A stretch of 63,974 nucleotides of DNA, the filler included, from Acidimicrobiia bacterium (GTDB taxonomy: Bacteria > Actinomycetota > Acidimicrobiia > Spongiisociales > SHLN01): NCBI GenBank assembly GCA_041619515.1. It is 6 parts of 6 records of this genome, joined end to end, with 100 filler letters (N's around TTAATTAATTAA, not from the genome) between each part and the next. Parts side by side here need not be neighbours in the genome. Positions count along the whole stretch, not along the records: positions 1 to 12,530 come from JBFKDW010000083.1; positions 12,631 to 24,878 come from JBFKDW010000084.1; 4 more parts are not named here. The stretch is one strand, 5' to 3'. Under the pieces are notes generated by a model, which worked only from the letters and a program-made list of their open reading frames with translations, was not told the origin of the DNA and ran no database searches. The translations under genes and the position numbers were made by a program. This document shows, piece by piece, positions 9,735-18,307 of this stretch. Position 1 is the stretch's first letter. Every line of letters starts with the position of its first letter.

Positions 9735-10583
9735 ATGGCAGTCGACCTTCACACGCACAGCAGCTACTCGGACGGATCCGACACGCCCGCCGAGCTGGTC
9801 GCCGAAGCGGAGCGGGCCGGGCTCGAAGCAGTAGCGCTCACCGACCACGACAACCTGGATGGCATCGCCGAGGCAGCGGAAGCTGCCGCCGAGCACGGCA
9901 TCGAGCTGGTCCCCGGCGTCGAGCTGTCCTGTGAATGGGACCGGGGTGGCTTCCATATGATCGTGCTCTTCCTCGAGCCGGGCACCGGGCCATTGCAGGA
10001 TCGACTGGCCGAACTCCAGGCGGGCCGCACCAACCGCAACCGGCAGATGGTGGACAAGCTCGCCGGACTCGGCGTCGAGATCACCTACGAAGAGGTCTTG
10101 GAGGAGGCCGGAGGCACCGGCATGGGCCGGCCACACATGGCCGCAGTCCTGGTCCAGAAGAAGGTGGTCGGGTCGATGTCGGAAGCGTTCGATCTCTACC
10201 TGGGCGCGGGCCGCCCCGGCTACGTGGGGCGGCCCCGCCTCGCCCCGGAGGAGGCGATTGCCCTCGCGACTGACTCGGGGGCGGTGCCCATCGTCGCCCA
10301 TCCCCACACCCTCGGGATCTTCCGGGCGGAACTGGACGATGAGCTGGAGCGGCTGGCCGGTCTTGGACTCGTCGGCCTGGAGACGTACTACCCCGAGTAC
10401 GAGCAGGACACTCGCCTCGAGTTGGTAGAGCGGGCACGCCGGGTGGGGCTCATCCCGTCGGGAGGATCCGACTATCACGGCAGCTACAAGCCGGGTCTGC
10501 GGCTCGGAAACGGGTACGGCGACCTGATGGTGGGGCGTGAAGTGCTCGAGGAGTTACGGGCGGCCCGCAAGCTCGGGAACTAG
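9735..10583 (+). CDS. PHP domain phosphoesterase (TrpH/YciV-like)
   Basis: DLHTHSSYSDG, ALTDHD, GRPH, AHP, GGSDYHG. Confidence 0.93.
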   Translation: MAVDLHTHSSYSDGSDTPAELVAEAERAGLEAVALTDHDNLDGIAEAAEAAAEHGIELVPGVELSCEWDRGGFHMIVLFLEPGTGPLQDRLAELQAGRTNRNRQMVDKLAGLGVEITYEEVLEEAGGTGMGRPHMAAVLVQKKVVGSMSEAFDLYLGAGRPGYVGRPRLAPEEAIALATDSGAVPIVAHPHTLGIFRAELDDELERLAGLGLVGLETYYPEYEQDTRLELVERARRVGLIPSGGSDYHGSYKPGLRLGNGYGDLMVGREVLEELRAARKLGN

Positions 10584-10624
10584 TTACCTCAATTGGGCCT
10601 GCTGGGCTGCCGAAGAATTGGGAG

Positions 10625-11893
10625 ATGGAGCAGACTCCGCAGGCCCCGCCGGCCTACGACGACATCGGACCGGCCTTCGACCGGACCCGTACCGTCAACC
10701 TGATCCTCGCCAGCGTCGCCATCTTCGTGATCGGCCTCGAGGTCGGGTTGGTGGCGTTCGCCCTCGCCTTGGCAACCCTCGTGGTGGGGGCGGGATCGAA
10801 CGAGTACCGCCGGCGCCGACCCGGGCGATCCACGTCGGTGGCAGTCGCAATCGACGTGACCATGGTCGGAGTGGTCCTGTTCCTGACCGGCACGTGGCCG
10901 ACACTCCTGCTGGCGGCCACTCCCTACATGCTCGTGATGGCGTTTCTGTTGCTTCCGCCCGGACGCGCCCTGGTCGTCGTCGTCTACATGGGTGCCCTGT
11001 TCACCACCGCACACTTCTTCGCACCAGCCCCGTTGTCCGACGTCGTCGACAGTCTCTACGTCAACGTAGTGACGGCGGTGCTGTTCCTCATCCTCACGGT
11101 CATCGAAGTGGCATCTGCTTCCGGCTCACTTCACAAGATCCGGGGGGTGGAGCGCAAGATGCTCGAAAGCGCCCGGCAGGCAAATCTCGCCAAGGACCAG
11201 TTCGTCTCCATGGTCAGCCACGAGCTCCGGACACCGCTCACATCGATCGCCGGGTTTGCCGACACGCTGCGAGCCGGGTGGGCCGAGCTCGACGCCGCCG
11301 AGATCGACGAGTTCCTCGAGATCATCGCCACCCAGGCCGACCACCTCCAGCATCTGGTCGAAGACATCCTCATCCTCCCCCGGCTGGAAGCCGGCAAGCT
11401 GGCGATCACCACCGAGCCGGTCGACCCTGCTCTGCTGACCCACCGGATCGTGTCCGTCGTGTTTCCCGCCGGGGGCGCCATCGATGCCCGGGTGGAGATG
11501 ACGGGGGGAACCGCAGTGCTGGCAGACGCCCGCAGGGTCGAGCAGGTTCTTCGCAACCTGCTGGGCAACGCCAGGAAGTACGGCGGCGACGAGATCCTCG
11601 TCCACGGACAGGAGACCGACGATGCCTACCTCATCTCGGTAACCGACAACGGGCCCGGGGTGGCTCCAGAGGACCAGCAGCGAATCTTCGATCACTTCGA
11701 GCAAGGGTCCAAGGGTGACGATCGCACCGAGGGCGGGGTGGGGCTGGGCCTTCCCATCGCCCGGCAGCTCGTTCAGGCCATGGGAGGCCGGTTGACCTAC
11801 AGCGACGCGTTCCCGCACGGAGCCAGTTTCGCCTTCAGCCTTCCTCTTGCCGACCGGCCGGCCGTGGCCGAGAAGAGCCAGCGGTCGGCCTGA
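10625..11893 (+). CDS. Membrane sensor histidine kinase (HisKA + HATPase_c); no adjacent response regulator
   Basis: About 5 TM segments; SHELRTPLTSI, NLLGNA.KY, DNGPG, GVGLGL. Confidence 0.93.
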   Translation: MEQTPQAPPAYDDIGPAFDRTRTVNLILASVAIFVIGLEVGLVAFALALATLVVGAGSNEYRRRRPGRSTSVAVAIDVTMVGVVLFLTGTWPTLLLAATPYMLVMAFLLLPPGRALVVVVYMGALFTTAHFFAPAPLSDVVDSLYVNVVTAVLFLILTVIEVASASGSLHKIRGVERKMLESARQANLAKDQFVSMVSHELRTPLTSIAGFADTLRAGWAELDAAEIDEFLEIIATQADHLQHLVEDILILPRLEAGKLAITTEPVDPALLTHRIVSVVFPAGGAIDARVEMTGGTAVLADARRVEQVLRNLLGNARKYGGDEILVHGQETDDAYLISVTDNGPGVAPEDQQRIFDHFEQGSKGDDRTEGGVGLGLPIARQLVQAMGGRLTYSDAFPHGASFAFSLPLADRPAVAEKSQRSA

Positions 11894-12101
11894 TTGGAGG
11901 GGCCGGGCCGGGAGCGCCGGCCGGCTGCCCGACACCCCAGCCGCTCGGCTCGTACTGCGGCAGCTCAACCCGCCAGCGGGAGACGGTGGTCATCTGTCGT
12001 GACCGTGCCTCCGACTCGGACAGGATCGCGTGCAGGGCAGCGGCGACTGCTGCCGTCTCGTAGGGGCCGGCTCCTCCGACGATCTCGAAGTCTGGCGTCA
12101 T
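11835..12101 (-). CDS. Small protein resembling an acyl-CoA carboxylase epsilon subunit
   Basis: FEIVGGAGPYETAAVAAAL...SRW pattern; ATGA-coupled to mce. Confidence 0.5.
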   Translation of the reverse strand: MTPDFEIVGGAGPYETAAVAAALHAILSESEARSRQMTTVSRWRVELPQYEPSGWGVGQPAGAPGPAPPIRPTAGSSRPRPAGRQEEG

Positions 12102-12502
12102 GGCGACTCCACCAGCTCGATGAGGGTGCCGGCCAGCGATTTCGGATGCACGAACGCAATCCTTGCTCCCCCGCCACCAATGCGGGGCTCCTCATCGATC
12201 AGCTGTGCTCCCTCGGCTCGGAGATGATCGAGGGCCCCCTCGATGTCGGCCACGGCGAAGGCGACGTGATGCATGCCCTCGCCGCGCTTGGCGAGAAACC
12301 TCCCGACCGGGGAATCGTCGCTCAGCGGCTGGAGCAGCTGCACGTGTGAGCCACCGATGGCGATCATGGCCTCCTCGACGCCCTGGCTGTCGACCACCTG
12401 CCGGTGGACGGGCTCCACCCGGTACTGGCGCTGGTACTCATCGAGGGCGGCGTCGAGGTCCCGCACGGCAATGCCGATGTGGTCGATGTTGATGAGGAGC
12501 AT
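12098..12502 (-). CDS. mce: Methylmalonyl-CoA epimerase
   Basis: IDHIGIAV, QGVEEA, RFLAKRGEGMHHVAF, IAFVHPK..GTLIELVE. Confidence 0.95.
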   Translation of the reverse strand: MLLINIDHIGIAVRDLDAALDEYQRQYRVEPVHRQVVDSQGVEEAMIAIGGSHVQLLQPLSDDSPVGRFLAKRGEGMHHVAFAVADIEGALDHLRAEGAQLIDEEPRIGGGGARIAFVHPKSLAGTLIELVESP

Positions 12503-12530
12503 GCGGGACAGGTTAGAGGGACCGTCGGTC

Positions 12531-12630
12531 NNNNNNNNNNNNNNNNNNNNNNNNNNNNNNNNNNNNNNNNNNNNTTAATTAATTAANNNNNNNNNNNNNN
12601 NNNNNNNNNNNNNNNNNNNNNNNNNNNNNN
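12531..12630. other. Artificial contig linker
   Basis: N44-TTAATTAATTAA-N44, with stops in all six frames. Confidence 0.98.
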
Positions 12631-12726
12631 AGCGACCGGGGCTGTTTGCGGCCGGCCAACTCCGTGGGCTGAGCGACCGGGGCTGTTTGCGGCCGGTCAA
12701 CTCCGTGGCTGAGCGACCGGGGCTGT
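12631..12726. repeat. Tandem ~40-bp repeat (2 copies plus a partial), truncated by the contig end
   Basis: AGCGACCGGGGCTGTTTGCGGCCGG(C/T)CAACTCCGTGG(G)CTG repeated head to tail. Confidence 0.85.
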
Positions 12727-12781
12727 CTGTGCCCGGGGGGCAACCCGGTCGATCCAACCCGGAGCCGAGCTGGGCCACCAG

Positions 12782-12853
12782 AGCTGGCGGTGGGGATCGA
12801 ACCCACGACCTGCTGCTTACAAGGCAGCTGCTCTACCACTGAGCTACGCCAGC
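12782..12853 (-). tRNA. tRNA-Thr (UGU)
   Basis: Reverse complement GCTGGCGTAGCTCAGTGGTAGAGCA-GCTGC-CTTGTAA-GCAGC-AGGTCGTGGGTTCGATCCCCACCGCCAGCT folds as a cloverleaf; CCA not encoded. Confidence 0.97.
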
Positions 12854-13031
12854 ACGCTGCTAGAGCGTAGTTTGTCGACGCGGTTTGCCCCGCCTTCCTT
12901 TCACCCGCAAACCTCCGCCCAGGGACGCTCGACGGGAGGAGCCCCACCAGGGCTCACGTCTCGCGCGGAACGCGCGAGAATCAATCTCAAAATCCCACTA
13001 CCCGCGCGACCGCTGCTTTACCCTCTCCTCG

Positions 13032-13292
13032 ATGCTTACCGATCGCGAAAAATCAGTCCTCGAATTCGAGGGTTCCTGGTGGCTCTATCCCGGTCCCAAG
13101 GACCGCGCCATCCGCGACTACCTGACAATGAGCGCCACCCGCTATTACCAGATTCTTCGCCGCGTGCTCGATCATCCCGAGGCTCTCCAGTTCGCCCCGC
13201 TCACCGTCCGCCGTCTGCGCCGCGTGCGCGATGAGAGTCGTGAGCGCCGGGTGATCGAGCGGTTTCAGGGTGGCGATCACCCGAGCCGCTAG
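13032..13292 (+). CDS. DUF3263 domain protein
   Basis: LTDRE..VLEFE..WW...G.K..AIR....SATRYYQ.L......EAL...PLTVRRLRR.R. Confidence 0.92.
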   Translation: MLTDREKSVLEFEGSWWLYPGPKDRAIRDYLTMSATRYYQILRRVLDHPEALQFAPLTVRRLRRVRDESRERRVIERFQGGDHPSR

Positions 13293-13297
13293 CAGCC

Positions 13298-14500
13298 GTG
13301 GATCGCGAGGCCGTATTCGGCTCCATCCAGCGGCTCGGCATCGTTGCGTGGAGCGCACTCGGGGCCCTGGGGGTGCTGTGGGTGGCGCTGTACGTGGGGT
13401 CGCAAATCGCCATCATCTTCCCACCGCTGGTGCTCGGCGTCGCCATCATCTACCTGCTGAACCCGTTCGTGACGTGGCTCGAGCATCGTCGCGTCCCTCG
13501 CGTGGTGGGAGCCGTGCTCGCCTATGTCTTGCTGGTCGCTCTCTTCAGTGCTGCGGCATTCTTCATCGTGCCGGTCCTGGTTTCCCAGGGGCAAGATCTC
13601 GCCGACCGTTTCCCAGATTTGCTGGAGGACGCCCAGGAGGAGATCTCGCGGCTGGGGGACCGGTTCGGGCTATCCGTCGACGTGTCACTCCCGACCGGCC
13701 AGGAGGTCTCGGATTGGTTTTCCGATCCCGCCAACCAGGACCTGATCCGGAGCCAGCTGGGCACGGTGGCGGACTGGACATTGAACATCTTCCAGGCGGT
13801 CCTGGTGGCGCTGGTGGCTCCGGTCGTTGCCTTCTACCTCATGCTCGACCTGCCTGCGGTATCCGAGCGCCTGCGCAACCTCGTCCCCCAGTATTGGCGG
13901 GACGAGGTCATGTACGTGTTCGTTCAACTCTCGACTGCCATCGGAGGCTTTGTGCGGGGCCAGCTGGTGGTGGCGTTCATCGTCGGCGTCATGACGAGCA
14001 TCGGCTTCTGGATCATCGATCTGCCGTTCTGGCTTCTCATCGGCATGATCTCCGGCTTCTTCAATATCATCCCGTTTGTAGGACCGTGGGTGGCGGGCGC
14101 CCTCGGATCACTGGCCGGCCTCACGTCCGGCGACCCGAGCAAGGCGCTCTGGGCCGCTTTGGTTGCGCTCATCGTTCAGCAGATCGACAACAACTTTGTG
14201 AGCCCGGTTGTCCTCCGAGCCACCGTTCGCCTCCATCCGGCCACTGTGTTGCTGGCATTGTTCGCCGGCGGGGCCGTCGGCGGCCTGTTCGGGGTGCTCA
14301 TGGCCGTTCCCGTCGTGGCGGTCATCAAGATCCTCACCGGCCACGTGTGGCGGACTCGGGTGCTCGGACAATCCTGGGACGAGGCGCGGGAGGCGTTGAT
14401 CGACGACGAGCCCACCCGGGAAACCGTGCTCACCCGGTTCCGCGACAGCGAGGAAGACTGGCCGGAGGAGCCCGAGCCGGGAGGGGCCGACGACTCCTAG
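13298..14500 (+). CDS. AI-2E family transporter
   Basis: YLLNPFV, GGFVRGQL, NIIPFVGP, QQIDNNFVSP, LHP motifs. Confidence 0.92.
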   Translation: MDREAVFGSIQRLGIVAWSALGALGVLWVALYVGSQIAIIFPPLVLGVAIIYLLNPFVTWLEHRRVPRVVGAVLAYVLLVALFSAAAFFIVPVLVSQGQDLADRFPDLLEDAQEEISRLGDRFGLSVDVSLPTGQEVSDWFSDPANQDLIRSQLGTVADWTLNIFQAVLVALVAPVVAFYLMLDLPAVSERLRNLVPQYWRDEVMYVFVQLSTAIGGFVRGQLVVAFIVGVMTSIGFWIIDLPFWLLIGMISGFFNIIPFVGPWVAGALGSLAGLTSGDPSKALWAALVALIVQQIDNNFVSPVVLRATVRLHPATVLLALFAGGAVGGLFGVLMAVPVVAVIKILTGHVWRTRVLGQSWDEAREALIDDEPTRETVLTRFRDSEEDWPEEPEPGGADDS

Positions 14501-14563
14501 AAAGCGCGAAATTCGTTCTTAAGCCGTTTAGGCTGCGGAAGCTTCCCCAACCGAAAACGCACC

Positions 14564-15532
14564 GTGCTCGACTTCCTCCTCGGCAGCTTCTTCTTGTTTC
14601 TCTTCCTGCGGGGGTGGGCGCGCGGGTTCGTCCGAGAGGCCATGGACCTGCTCGGAGTGGTCGTCGGCCTGGCAGTGGCGTTCCGTCTCAGTCCGGCGGC
14701 CGGGGCGGTGGTCTCGGGAATCCTCGGCTCGAGCCCTACCGTATCCCGGGTCATCGGCGGGCTGGCGCTGTTCGTGCTCATCGGCGGCATGGCGGCGGTC
14801 ACAGCCCATTACCTGCATCGAGTGGCCCGCCTGCCCGGGCTGGCACTGGGCAACCGCCTCACCGGCGCCGGTCTCGCCCTCGCCTGGGGAGCGTTCCTGG
14901 CGACCCTACTGCTGTCGGTCGTCTCCCTGTTTCGGCTCCCGGCAGCCGTAGCCGGCCAGATCGAGGAGTCGTCGGTCGCCGCCACCCTGACCGACCCCGC
15001 CGGAGTCCCGCAATCGGTGTTCGCTCAAGTCTCGGGAGATCACGTGCTCGGGGTCCTGCTGAGCCTCGACGACCTCATCGGTGGCCGCAGCGCCATTATC
15101 GAGGGGGACGAGCGGGTTGAGTTCGAGCCGATCGAGGCCGGCGCCCTGATTCCCGACTCGCCATCTGTGCTCCAGTTGTACGAAGGGCTGAACGAGGAGC
15201 GATCGAAGGCCGGCCTCGCAGCGCTCGCCTGGTCAGGCCCACTGGCGGCTGTGGCGCGCGACCACGCCAGTGAGATGTACCGGTCCGGCTACTTCTCACA
15301 TGAATCGCCGGTTACCGGAAGGGTTGCCGACCGTCTGGCTGGGGCCGGGCTCAGCTACCCCCGGGCCGGCGAGAACCTGGCCCTGGCGGCCGATGCCACC
15401 GAGGCGCACGAGGGTCTCGTTGCCAGCCCAGCCCATCTGGCCAACATCGAGAGCGGGGGCTTCACCGCCGTCGGCATCGCCGCCATGCGAGGCCCCCTCG
15501 GCCTCATGGTGGTGCAGGTCTTCGTCGGCTAG
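14564..15532 (+). CDS. CvpA (colicin V production) family domain fused to a CAP/SCP domain
   Basis: RGWARGFVRE TM domain; NEERSKAGL..L, HASEM...YFSH.SP, GENLA, SPAHLANI. Confidence 0.88.
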   Translation: MLDFLLGSFFLFLFLRGWARGFVREAMDLLGVVVGLAVAFRLSPAAGAVVSGILGSSPTVSRVIGGLALFVLIGGMAAVTAHYLHRVARLPGLALGNRLTGAGLALAWGAFLATLLLSVVSLFRLPAAVAGQIEESSVAATLTDPAGVPQSVFAQVSGDHVLGVLLSLDDLIGGRSAIIEGDERVEFEPIEAGALIPDSPSVLQLYEGLNEERSKAGLAALAWSGPLAAVARDHASEMYRSGYFSHESPVTGRVADRLAGAGLSYPRAGENLALAADATEAHEGLVASPAHLANIESGGFTAVGIAAMRGPLGLMVVQVFVG

Positions 15533-16434
15533 CCGCCCTCGGCCGGCGGGGCGACGGGCTGCTCCTCAGGCGGGGTGGCCTCGGGAGCACGGACCTGCTC
15601 CTCCGGCGGGCGGATGGAGCCGCCGGGTTCTCGCAACGGCATCGGCGCCGTCTCCTCGCCGTTCTGGGCAAGGCTCGATTTGACCGATATCAGGAAGCCG
15701 ACTGCAAAGATGAGCGTGATCGCCACCGCGATCAGCGTCCAGGGGATCGGCCTCCCCGGCGATTCGAGAACCGAGCTGGCAAACAGCCGAGTCTCTGAGT
15801 CGGAGAAGGGAACCGTCCAGGTGAGGGGCCCGCTCTGGCTGTTGCTCCCGGTCGTGCTGTCGATCTCACCCGGCATGGCAAGGCTCACGGTCACGTCCAC
15901 CGCGTCGCTGAATTGGAGTGGGCTCTCGTCGACGAAATAGGGCGCAACATCGGCGATGCCCGTGAGCGGGTTGAGGCGGCCGTCGAACTGGAGTGTTCCC
16001 TCTTCCGCTGCGATCTCAACTTCGCCGATGCCGGGGGCCAGGCCCTCCAAGATCTGGGCGAGGGTGTCGGCACTCACGACATTGGTGCTGGCCGTGTAGC
16101 GGGTGACGGTGCCCGGGGTGACTGTGAACGGGAGGCCGAGTGACGGCCCCCTGGTGGCGATGAGATCCTCGAACTCCCTCCCGGTGAGCCGATAGAGATC
16201 GATGAATTCATCGTCGACGTCGATATCGACCGCCAGCGACCCCGATCCGTCCTGCTGAAGGGAGATATCGATGCCGATGTCGATGCTGCACGAACTCGCC
16301 GCCAGGGCAAGCAGTGCGATGAGCGCCGCCCGCCTTACACTGCCTCCTTTGAATGATCGTGAAACCCTAGGTGCAGCTTGGGCAGAGGCCGCGGATAAGC
16401 TCGCCAGATGGACGCGCGCAGTTCTGCTCTCCAT
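15529..16434 (-). CDS. LppM-like lipoprotein with C-terminal TM (true start probably near 16338)
   Basis: RRAALIALLALAASSC lipobox, DGSG motif, MPGEI..T.....LTW, C-terminal TM and Pro-rich tail. Confidence 0.75.
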   Translation of the reverse strand: MESRTARVHLASLSAASAQAAPRVSRSFKGGSVRRAALIALLALAASSCSIDIGIDISLQQDGSGSLAVDIDVDDEFIDLYRLTGREFEDLIATRGPSLGLPFTVTPGTVTRYTASTNVVSADTLAQILEGLAPGIGEVEIAAEEGTLQFDGRLNPLTGIADVAPYFVDESPLQFSDAVDVTVSLAMPGEIDSTTGSNSQSGPLTWTVPFSDSETRLFASSVLESPGRPIPWTLIAVAITLIFAVGFLISVKSSLAQNGEETAPMPLREPGGSIRPPEEQVRAPEATPPEEQPVAPPAEGG

Positions 16435-17148
16435 GAGGCCTTCGTCGGCGCATTCCGGCCCTATCTGAAAGCAATTCTCAGCGAGCGCAGCCTGCCTCCC
16501 GTGCCGGAAGCCGTGATCGACGAGGCCGAACGCTGGCTGGCAGATGAGCTGGCGGGTGTGCTGGAGCTCCCCTATGGAGAGCAGCGGCGCTCACCGCTCG
16601 AGGTCTTTCAGGAGGCGATGTCGGGGCCGACCGCCGCCTTGTCCGCGGCGGGAGCCAAGCGTGCGCTGCGCGACCCAACGTCGGTGGCGGCACTGCCGGG
16701 CGACATCTTCGCCGTTGCGCCGGCATCCTCATCGGCACTCGGGCAGGAAGCGTTCGAGGCCCACCTGGGCTGGGGTGTCGAGAAGGCCAGGGCACTGGCT
16801 CACCTCGTAACAGGGGAGGGCAGGCGGGTGGTGGTGGTCTCCGGTGATCTGATGGATCGGAGCCGATTTGAAGACGCCATCAATGGGGCCGGCCTGCATG
16901 TGGCGGGCTGGAGCGCGGAGGCCACCGGGTCCGAAACTAGGCCGGTCGCCGCATTTGTCGATCTCACCCATCCGGAGGCGGATGCGATGATCAGGTCGCT
17001 GGCGGCCGCCGGCGTGAGGATCACCGCCTACGGCCCCCATGTCGATGCCGACGCAATGACTCGCGCTCGGCTGCTCGGAGCCGACCTCGTGTTGCCCCGT
17101 TCCCGTCTGTTCAGAGCGATCGCAGAGTATCTTCCCCGCCCGGCGTGA
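16408..17148 (+). CDS. Hypothetical protein with C-terminal receiver-like domain
   Basis: C-terminal DLMDRSR...VDL...AYGPHVD....AR..GAD.VLPRS. Confidence 0.75.
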   Translation: MDARSSALHEAFVGAFRPYLKAILSERSLPPVPEAVIDEAERWLADELAGVLELPYGEQRRSPLEVFQEAMSGPTAALSAAGAKRALRDPTSVAALPGDIFAVAPASSSALGQEAFEAHLGWGVEKARALAHLVTGEGRRVVVVSGDLMDRSRFEDAINGAGLHVAGWSAEATGSETRPVAAFVDLTHPEADAMIRSLAAAGVRITAYGPHVDADAMTRARLLGADLVLPRSRLFRAIAEYLPRPA

Positions 17149-17157
17149 CGGCGCGGC

Positions 17158-17658
17158 TCATTCCGCGGCAGCCTCAGCCTCGTCTTCGGCCTGAGCCGGT
17201 GGCTTGTCTCCGACCGTCTCGTCGTGTAGCTGGAGCCAGCGGGCGAGGCCGGCTTCCCCGAGCTGCCGGTAGCGCTGGGCGAACCGCTCGGCGTCGGCCG
17301 CAGTGACCTCTCCGGGCTCGCGAGCCGCCAGGTAGAACTCGATGTCGGTCGCCAGCGCGTCCATTCTCGCCCGGTTCGTCGTGTGCATGATCCAGAGCCC
17401 GCGATGATCGAAGAACGCCTCCCAGGCGTTCAACACCACAATGACGGCGCCGAACACGAGAGCGATGTTCTTGGTGGCTTCCTGGTTGACGAAGTCGCCT
17501 TCCAGCCCGAGCAGAACGGTGATTCCCCCCGCCAAGACCACGGCGAGCGTCTTGAGGACGAGCGCCTTGAATCGTTCCCAGCGCAGCCGTTTCGTCTGCC
17601 AGGCGATCCTCTCCTGCAAGTCACGCCGCAGGTATTCGAGAGACTTGGCGATCTCCAT
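17158..17658 (-). CDS. SLATT / DUF4231 two-TM domain protein
   Basis: I.W, two TM helices, then AWEAFFDH.GLW.......M..L helical C-terminus; GGGAG RBS. Confidence 0.75.
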   Translation of the reverse strand: MEIAKSLEYLRRDLQERIAWQTKRLRWERFKALVLKTLAVVLAGGITVLLGLEGDFVNQEATKNIALVFGAVIVVLNAWEAFFDHRGLWIMHTTNRARMDALATDIEFYLAAREPGEVTAADAERFAQRYRQLGEAGLARWLQLHDETVGDKPPAQAEDEAEAAAE

Positions 17659-17838
17659 TCCGATTCTCCCTTCGGGCCGCTACCGAACAGGGGCGGTTCT
17701 CCCGGACCCCACCCCAAGTTACACAGGGAGGCTTGATCATGTCTCGGTTTGCCCAGTTCGGCCGACACGCTCTGTGGTGTAGCTGTACGCTTATTCCCAG
17801 GGGTCGGCTTCGCCGGCATGGGCAGACGGGAGCTGGGC

Positions 17839-18273
17839 ATGGGAGCACGTGAAGCAACTGCGGTTGGTGACGCCGCCGAACCGGTCGCAACCGAAACCGG
17901 TCCGCCGGCGCTGCGAGATCGGCTCGGCGCCTGGTTGGCTGCCAACGCCACTGTGGTCAATTGGGTCGTCTCTCTCGTCGCAGCGGGGTTACTCCTCTGG
18001 GCGGCCGTGCAGTGGTCGGGCAAGGCCACCGAGTTGACATCGCCCTGCCAGGAAGCTGCCGTGGCACCGGCTCTGTGCGACGAGGTGCCCGAGTTCCTGC
18101 AAGGCGCCCAGTTCGCGGTAGCCATGATCGGTATCGCGGCCGCGGCGGTGGCGGCAGTGTTGTCGCTGGCCCAGGCGTTCCTCGGTCGGCGCCTTCCGCT
18201 CGTCAAGTGGGCCGCCTTCGTGCTCCTGGGAGCGACCGTCGTGTGGTTCGGCATCTACTGGATCGGACGGTAG
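17839..18273 (+). CDS. 3-TM hypothetical membrane protein
   Basis: Three hydrophobic segments with a Cys pair in the loop; start uncertain (17818 or 17839). Confidence 0.65.
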   Translation: MGAREATAVGDAAEPVATETGPPALRDRLGAWLAANATVVNWVVSLVAAGLLLWAAVQWSGKATELTSPCQEAAVAPALCDEVPEFLQGAQFAVAMIGIAAAAVAAVLSLAQAFLGRRLPLVKWAAFVLLGATVVWFGIYWIGR

Positions 18274-18307
18274 TTCTTCTAGGACCATCCCCCCGAGGGC
18301 GATGCGG

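Noticed and set aside
12631..12726. Possible CRISPR array
   Set aside because: The units are directly contiguous with no unique spacers, and no cas genes are visible.
14564..15532. CvpA domain as evidence of bacteriocin production
   Set aside because: CvpA is a widespread membrane protein family; no bacteriocin precursor or exporter is nearby.
17158..17658. SLATT gene as evidence for a complete CBASS or Thoeris system
   Set aside because: No CD-NTase, TIR or SLOG gene adjacent; kept only as a lone effector observation.
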